A stretch of DNA of 64,000 bases from Tolypothrix carrinoi HA7290-LM1. GTDB taxonomy: Bacteria; Cyanobacteriota; Cyanobacteriia; Cyanobacteriales; Nostocaceae. This document shows, in pieces, positions 57,665 to 64,000 of the stretch. How positions within the stretch are numbered: position 1 is the stretch's first letter; each line of letters starts with the position of its first letter. The stretch is taken from positions 44,707 through 108,706 of the forward strand of contig JAHHIK010000009.1 in NCBI GenBank assembly GCA_019358935.1, written 5' to 3'. The notes under the pieces were generated by a model. It saw only the letters and a list, made by a program, of their open reading frames with translations, searched no databases and was not told the DNA's origin. The translations under genes and the position numbers were made by a program.

Positions 57665-58285
57665 ATGGTGAAATCAGCCCCAAAACTTTTAACTGTTGAT
57701 GAGTTTATTACCCACTATGGTGATAGCGATCGCCATGAACTAATTGATGGTGAATTAATCGAGATGGAACCAACCGGACCGCACGAGCAAGTATCCGCTT
57801 TAATTGGGCGAAAACTGAATGTAGAAATTGACCGTCAGGACCTACACTACTTTATCCCCCATCGATGCCTAATCAAACTGTTAGGAACAGAAACAGCATT
57901 TCGTCCCGATGTAATTGTGTTAGACCAAACTCGACTGATAAATGAGCCATTGTGGCAGCTTGAACCAGTAATTACATCAGGAAACTCAATTAAACTAATT
58001 GCTGAAGTCGTCAGTACAAACTGGCAGAACGACTATGCCCGTAAGGTTGAAGATTACGCTTTGCTAAAAGTGCCTGAGTATTGGATTGTTGATTATTTGG
58101 GCATTGGCGGCAGAGAATATATTGGCAAACCAAAGCAGCCAACAGTTACAATTTGTACACTAGTAGAGGATGAGTATCAAAAACAGTTGTTTCAAAATAA
58201 CGACCAACTTGTTTCCTCAATCTTTCCCAACTTGCAACTTACCGCAAGACAAATATTTGTCGCAGGTCAATCTGTTGCAACGTAG
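57665..58285 (+). CDS. Uma2 family endonuclease
   Basis: ELIDG, RPDV, EVVS, VPEYWIVD. Confidence 0.92.
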   Translation: MVKSAPKLLTVDEFITHYGDSDRHELIDGELIEMEPTGPHEQVSALIGRKLNVEIDRQDLHYFIPHRCLIKLLGTETAFRPDVIVLDQTRLINEPLWQLEPVITSGNSIKLIAEVVSTNWQNDYARKVEDYALLKVPEYWIVDYLGIGGREYIGKPKQPTVTICTLVEDEYQKQLFQNNDQLVSSIFPNLQLTARQIFVAGQSVAT

Positions 58286-58762
58286 TTTATCTTTGAAGAC
58301 GATAAGGCTAATAGTCACATTTTTGTCAAAAGTTTTATCCAAAATAGAATTAAATATATTTAATTGGTAAAACAATAAATTGATTTTTCAGAGTATGCAT
58401 CTTTTTCTTACCTGAGTAGTATTTTTTCTGCTCTTGATCGTCCACAGGTCTTTCTATAGAAAATATCTGTTACCAGCAATATTTACAGAGATAACAGGTA
58501 GTAAATAGTACTTATATGTAAAATAAAAATCAAATTTACTTTATCTACAACAATAGATAAAGCAGCCACAAGTCCGATTATATAAGCTTTATGACTTATT
58601 GATACTCATTGGTTGTAGAAGGTTTCAGGAAATGTTATATAGCTAAAATTATCACGTAGTCAAAACCAGTAATTGTAATTTGTTGTACAATTACGTCAAC
58701 TTTTTACCAATTTATTTGGTCAAAATCTCGTATTAACTTCTTTCCTTCAACATAGCTGCCTT

Positions 58763-59569
58763 CTATAAATCAGACTGCTCTAACCGAGAATGACGACCCA
58801 CAGGTATACACAAAGGTGTCCCGACCACTGGATCTGGGACAATGCGACACTCTAGCCCAAATACCTCATGCACCATTTCCTCCGTCATCACATCAATCGG
58901 GGAACCAGATGTCAAAACTTCTCCGTTACGCATAGCTACTAAGTGGTGAGCATAACGACACGCTTGGTTTAAGTCATGCAACACCATAATAATTGTGCGT
59001 CCCTCGGTGTGATTTAATTCCCAAAGCAAATCCAACACCTCCACCTGATGGGCTAAATCTAAAAAGGTCGTCGGCTCATCCAACAATAGAATCTGCGTGT
59101 CCTGTGCTAAGGTCATAGCAATCCAGGCACGTTGGCGCTGTCCACCTGATAGAGTATCTACAGGTCGTTCTGCTAACTCCAAAAGGTCGGTGATTGATAG
59201 CGCCTTACGGATTTGCCGCTCATCTGATGCAGACATCTCCTGCCACCAGCTATGATAAGGATAACGTCCTTGAGCAACTAAATCTCGCACCGTCAGTCCT
59301 TCTGGAGCAACCGGACCTTGAGGCAAAATTCCCAATTGTTGTGCCACCGCTTTTGTCGGCAGTCGGAAAATATCTGTGCTATTGAGGTAAACTGTGCCAG
59401 ATTCGGGTTTTAGTAACCGCGCCAAACCGCGCAGTAACGTAGATTTACCACAGCCATTAGCACCAACCAAGGCGGTAATTTTGCCAGTGGGAATTACTAA
59501 ATTGAGATGGGCAAGGACGGGTAAGCCGTCGTATGCGAGGCTCAGTCTTTGGGTTTCTAGGCAATTCAT
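58763..59569 (-). CDS. iron-siderophore ABC transporter ATP-binding protein (FhuC/FecE-like)
   Basis: [37 protein letters not shown]. Confidence 0.93.
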   Translation of the reverse strand: MNCLETQRLSLAYDGLPVLAHLNLVIPTGKITALVGANGCGKSTLLRGLARLLKPESGTVYLNSTDIFRLPTKAVAQQLGILPQGPVAPEGLTVRDLVAQGRYPYHSWWQEMSASDERQIRKALSITDLLELAERPVDTLSGGQRQRAWIAMTLAQDTQILLLDEPTTFLDLAHQVEVLDLLWELNHTEGRTIIMVLHDLNQACRYAHHLVAMRNGEVLTSGSPIDVMTEEMVHEVFGLECRIVPDPVVGTPLCIPVGRHSRLEQSDL

Positions 59570-59584
59570 TTTTTATACTTTACT

Positions 59585-60274
59585 TTATTTGCGAGTAAAT
59601 GCAATGCCCTTTTTCTTAGTCAGCAAGCCTGCTAAACTAAAAGCGGCGAGTCCCAAAATAGCACTTGGCTCTGGAACCTTAGAGGCTACTAAACGCTGTC
59701 CGAATGCACTTCCAGCTTGAGGATCTTTGAGTAGTTCTGTTGTGGTGCGAGTGAAAAACGCCACATCTAGATGTTCACGAAACCCGATAGGTAATGCAAA
59801 CTGCTTCCCCCAATCAGTTAGGTGGACGTGAGGAGAAGGTTGGTTGTCTGGAAATGAGACATTGGGAGCGAAAGGGATTGACCAGAAATTGAGTCCCTGA
59901 TTTCTTGCTCCTCCTACGCTAATACCATCAGGAGCATTCCAAAATCCGTTTTGTAATATTTGACGAGTTTTCGTGTCAAAGTTGAAGTTAAAATCTGGCG
60001 TAGTTCGTTGATTATCAATAAATTCTTGAATTAAATTACCTTTTGGATCAAAAAACCCAATATTAAATGACTGGAGATCATCTTTGCGAACTATTCCATC
60101 AAGGTAACTTTTCGTTTCATCGTAGCTAAACAAGCCTTTGGCTTTGTAGCCAAGAGTTTGTCCAGTCCAGTCTAGACGGTATGTCACAGCCTCTGCCGGA
60201 TTTGCTGCGAGAAATCCATAGTTTAAGGAAGCACTAAAAACAGCAATTACAAGTTTTTGATATATATTTGTCAT
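59585..60274 (-). CDS. PEP-CTERM exported protein
   Basis: Signal peptide ending AEA; C-terminal VPEPSAILGL-TM-KKK. Confidence 0.88.
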   Translation of the reverse strand: MTNIYQKLVIAVFSASLNYGFLAANPAEAVTYRLDWTGQTLGYKAKGLFSYDETKSYLDGIVRKDDLQSFNIGFFDPKGNLIQEFIDNQRTTPDFNFNFDTKTRQILQNGFWNAPDGISVGGARNQGLNFWSIPFAPNVSFPDNQPSPHVHLTDWGKQFALPIGFREHLDVAFFTRTTTELLKDPQAGSAFGQRLVASKVPEPSAILGLAAFSLAGLLTKKKGIAFTRK

Positions 60275-60879
60275 ATAAATAAATTGTGAATATTGCCTTG
60301 CTCAATGAACCATCAAGATAGGCAAGAAAGAGGGAATTTTTGAGAAATGCATATTTCATTAGTGTTGATAATACCATAAAATTTGGTATATCAACTCAGA
60401 TGTATGAGAATTCGTGCCTAAATATTTTTTTGCCTCACGCTCAGAAAAGTTTCAGCCGCAGCTAGTGGTAATCAAAAATTCTCAAGCTGGAGAGGCTGCG
60501 CGATCGCTGATCGCATTGCAGAAAAACAATTCTTACCGTTTATTTGAGGTGGGAACATGCGTACATACATATTAATGCAGTATTTAGGCTCTCCTCCTCT
60601 AAGTAGCACCAAGAAAGCAAAAAGAAAGTCCAAAACCTTTTTAGGGTATGAATTTGTGGGATTTGCGGCAGCGATCGCTCTTGTGTTACCGCCTACAGCA
60701 GTAATCAGTAAGTTTAGTTAATATTTTAATACCTACTTTGTCGGAGAAAGTATTAGCCAATACTTTTCATCGAAATTCAAACATTTAATCAGCTGCAGCT
60801 TCCTAAAACTGATGCTTCATATTTATGGAGAGTACCCAGACAGAATAAATTTCCCGAACTTAGTCAAGCAACTACAGAT

Positions 60880-63270
60880 GTGGTATTAGTTACGGATGTT
60901 CAGCTTAACTCTACTGATAAAGGGATAGAGTTAATTTTAGTCACAGCTAATTCTCTAAAGCTACAAGTTTTACCGAAAACTGAGGGTAATTCCTACATTG
61001 CAGATATCCCTAATGCCAAGTTGCAACTAAGAAGTGGGGATTTTAGACAATCAAAGCCAGTAGCCGGAATTGCATCAATTACAGTTGCAAATTTAGATGC
61101 GAACACATTGCGAATAACGGTGACTGGGGAAATGAGTGCGCCTGCGGTGGAGTTGTTTGATAGTACAAAAGAAGGTTTAGTTTTTGGAGTGACCCCTAGT
61201 ACTTCTACTACTCAACAGCCAACAACAACGCCAGAACAGCAGCCAGGGTTGCAGACACAACCAACTCAACCATCAGCTAGTCGTAATGAACCGATTGAGT
61301 TAGTGGTGACGGGCGAGCAGGATGGATACCGTGTACCAAATGCCTCTACTGCCACCAAAACCGATACACCCCTGCGTGACATTCCTGCCTCAATTCAAAT
61401 AGTGCCCCGACAGGTGTTACAAGACCAAAAAGCAGTGCGGCTACAGGATGCAGTGCAAAACGTCAGCGGCGTGACACAAGCAGGCAACTACGGGGGTACA
61501 GGAGCTGCTCGCTATATCATTCGTGGTTTTGAGCAGGATGGAAATTTTAGAAATGGATTCCGCGATGCCAATTTCTTCACATTATCAGAAATAGCAAACT
61601 TGGAACGGGTTGAGATACTCAAGGGACCTGCCTCAGTCCTTTTCGGTGAAGCTGAACCGGGTGGGATTATCAACCTTGTCACAAAGCAACCGCTAAGTGA
61701 ACCTTATTACGCTGCTGACTTCACCGCAGGAAGCTACAGTTTTTATCGACCAACTTTAGATATCTCTAGTCCACTGAATGCGGACAAAACTCTGTTATAT
61801 CGCTTGAATGTTGCTTACCAAAACTCCGGGAGTTTTCGTGACTTTGTTGACACCGAACGTATTTTCATCGCACCATCTCTAACCTGGAAAATCGGCATCA
61901 ACACAACATTAAACGTTGATTTTGAGTATTTAAACAATAATACCCAATTTGATCGAGGCATCGTCGCTATTGGTAACAGACCTGCCCCAATTCCGATTAG
62001 TCGCTTCTTAGGGGTTCCAGGAGAAAATGATTCTAAAACCACAGCTTACAGAGCTGGCTATAGATTAGAACATCAGTTTAGTGAAAATTGGCAGCTTCGC
62101 AATGCCCTTTCCATTACCATAAACAAGGTAAATGATAACCGCGCAGAGCCAGGGGACTTGATCGATGATCGGTTTTTGGATAGGAATTTTACAAATGCTA
62201 AATTTGAAACTGACACCTACAGCCTCCAAACTGAGGTTATAGGAAAGTTTACAACCGGGTCAATTATTCACCAACCGCTTTTGGGAATAGAGCTAAACCG
62301 AAGCGAAGGTCCGCTGATTTTTAGCAGAGGTATTTTGTCACCTATCGATATTTTTAGTCCGGTGAATAACAGCGTTATCCCTACCAATCCTTTAACAACT
62401 TTTGTTAATAGACAAATTCGCACTGATAGATTAGGAATTTACCTGCAAGATCAGATTACCCTACTGGATAATTTGAAGCTGCTAGTCGGAGGGCGTTTCG
62501 ATTTTACTGAGGAGAAAAATGACAATTTACTTGCCTCAACTAGCACTAGTCAATCTGACCAAGCCTTCAGCCCTCGGGTTGGTCTTGTCTACCAGCCGAT
62601 ACCAGCAATTTCTCTCTACGCTAGCTACAGCAGTTCTTTTGTTCCTAACATTGGTACTTCAGTCAATGGTTCTACATTTGATCCTGCCCAAGGTACACAA
62701 TACGAGGTGGGTGTTAAAGCCGATTTGAGTAACCGACTGTCTGCAACCCTGGCTGCTTACCAGATTACAAAAACTAACGTCTTGACCACCGATCCCAACA
62801 ATCCTGATTTTTCCATTCTGACCGGGGAGCAACGTAGTCGGGGCGTTGAGCTAGATATCGCTGGCGAAATCCTGACCGGTTGGAAAATTATTGCCTCTTA
62901 CGCTTATACCGATGCCCAAATCACCAAAGACAATGAATATCCAGTTGGGAATTTGTTGGGCAGCGTTGCTAAGAATACTGTTAGTCTGTGGACAACCTAT
63001 GAAATCCAACGTGGGAGTTTACAAGGTTTGGGATTTGGATTGGGACTGTATTATATGGGCGATAGACAGGGCGATTTAGATAACAGTTTTGTGTTGCCCA
63101 GCTATTTCCGCACGGATGCAGCACTTTATTACAAACGCAATAACTGGAGGGCTGCAATCAATATCAAGAATCTCTTTGATGAAAAATATTACGAAAGTAG
63201 CCAGGGAAGAGATACTATCTATCCCGGTGCGCCGTTAACGGTCTTGGGCACAATTTCGTGGGAGTTTTAG
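60880..63270 (+). CDS. TonB-dependent siderophore receptor with AMIN domain; signal-peptide region apparently frameshifted
   Basis: IELVVTGEQ, ATKTDTPLRDIP, ERVEILKGPASVLFG, C-terminal ISWEF. Confidence 0.92.
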   Translation: MVLVTDVQLNSTDKGIELILVTANSLKLQVLPKTEGNSYIADIPNAKLQLRSGDFRQSKPVAGIASITVANLDANTLRITVTGEMSAPAVELFDSTKEGLVFGVTPSTSTTQQPTTTPEQQPGLQTQPTQPSASRNEPIELVVTGEQDGYRVPNASTATKTDTPLRDIPASIQIVPRQVLQDQKAVRLQDAVQNVSGVTQAGNYGGTGAARYIIRGFEQDGNFRNGFRDANFFTLSEIANLERVEILKGPASVLFGEAEPGGIINLVTKQPLSEPYYAADFTAGSYSFYRPTLDISSPLNADKTLLYRLNVAYQNSGSFRDFVDTERIFIAPSLTWKIGINTTLNVDFEYLNNNTQFDRGIVAIGNRPAPIPISRFLGVPGENDSKTTAYRAGYRLEHQFSENWQLRNALSITINKVNDNRAEPGDLIDDRFLDRNFTNAKFETDTYSLQTEVIGKFTTGSIIHQPLLGIELNRSEGPLIFSRGILSPIDIFSPVNNSVIPTNPLTTFVNRQIRTDRLGIYLQDQITLLDNLKLLVGGRFDFTEEKNDNLLASTSTSQSDQAFSPRVGLVYQPIPAISLYASYSSSFVPNIGTSVNGSTFDPAQGTQYEVGVKADLSNRLSATLAAYQITKTNVLTTDPNNPDFSILTGEQRSRGVELDIAGEILTGWKIIASYAYTDAQITKDNEYPVGNLLGSVAKNTVSLWTTYEIQRGSLQGLGFGLGLYYMGDRQGDLDNSFVLPSYFRTDAALYYKRNNWRAAINIKNLFDEKYYESSQGRDTIYPGAPLTVLGTISWEF

Positions 63271-63878
63271 TGCCTGCGGTAGGCAGGTTAACCAAGTGTT
63301 TTGTCCTATCCCTGCCCCTTTTAGGATTGCTTGCTGTGGTAGTGTGGCTAAACGGTTGTTTCTTTTTTAATTACCCAAAAGTTAGCCATGACAAGAGTGT
63401 TTCTTCTTTAAGTGAGGTTCGAGTAGTTCAGCACTTTATGGGTAAGACAATAGTTCCTGCTCATCCTCAACGAGTTGTTGTGCTTAGTGGTCGTTGTTTA
63501 GAAAATGCTTTGGCGTTGGGGATCAAACCTATAGCTGCCTCAAAGTCATTTGTCTCACAATTGCAACGGTTAGTAGGCCCGCTATCAGGTATTGAAGATG
63601 TAGATTGGCTATCTCCTAGTATAGAAAAGATATTGGCTCTCAAGCCAGACCTAATTCTTGGTATGCATTTTCATCAAGATATTTATCCACTGTTATCACA
63701 CATTGCACCCACTGTTTTGGCTCCTCCTGGAACCACTGGAGCTTGGAAAGAATCTTTTGCTTTCACAGCCAGTGTTCTGGGTAAAACTAAAACAGCCCAG
63801 CAGGTAATGGATAATTATTATGCACGTTTGACACAGTTTAAAGCAAAAATGGGCGATCGCCTGAATACAACTTTATAG
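63258..63878 (+). pseudogene. iron-siderophore substrate-binding protein truncated by an IS
   Basis: VPAHPQRVVVL, EKILALKPDLI, LSHIAPTV; the stop codon is supplied by the IS end. Confidence 0.85.
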
Positions 63879-64000
63879 CGGTTCTCACTTGAATGAAATA
63901 CAGTATGGGAGGATGATGGATATTATCTTTTGGTGCATATGGCATGAAAGCTTACTCGACTGACCTTCGACAAAAAGTGATTGATGCGTACAAAAATCAA
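63876..64000 (+). mobile_element. IS630-family element, left end and start of transposase
   Basis: After TA at 63874-63875 the sequence reads TAGCGGTTCTCACTTGAATGAAATACA; the ORF from 63944 reads MKAYSTDLRQKVIDAYKNQ. Confidence 0.85.

Noticed and set aside
60338..60372. Possible Fur box upstream of the receptor
   Set aside because: Only a partial GATAAT-like match in AT-rich DNA; not distinguishable from background by eye.
1..64000. CRISPR array, tRNA or rRNA genes
   Set aside because: No regularly spaced repeat-spacer series or recognisable RNA gene was seen. The repeats at 50768-50832 are contiguous with no spacers and fit transposon ends.

Overview
The window looks like part of a large conjugative plasmid or ICE of a filamentous cyanobacterium. 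It is AT-rich and carries HIP1 GCGATCGC octamers, PEP-CTERM proteins, a Uma2 gene and an AMIN-domain TonB receptor. Three blocks are visible. (1) About 1-19.8 kb is a single minus-strand gene run with Pol III delta (partial), a B-family DNA polymerase, DnaX, DnaN, a DNA methyltransferase, a PRTRC-type ubiquitin-like module (ThiF E1, JAB, E2, Ubl), a primase-polymerase and a DUF1998 helicase. (2) About 25.9-41.6 kb is a cyanobacterial-type conjugative T4SS with its coupling protein; no relaxase is seen in the window. (3) About 44-64 kb is an accessory, decaying region with pseudogenes, a 324-bp Tn7-like mini-element, a ParDE toxin-antitoxin pair, a tyrosine recombinase, a PEP-CTERM-tagged ModA, MsrB, and a siderophore uptake locus cut by an IS630 element. 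The most striking observation is that four proteins of block 1 carry beta-clamp-binding motifs, one of them flanking the ubiquitin-like module. This suggests a self-contained replisome linked to ubiquitin-like conjugation. All calls are by eye from motifs; no database searches were run.
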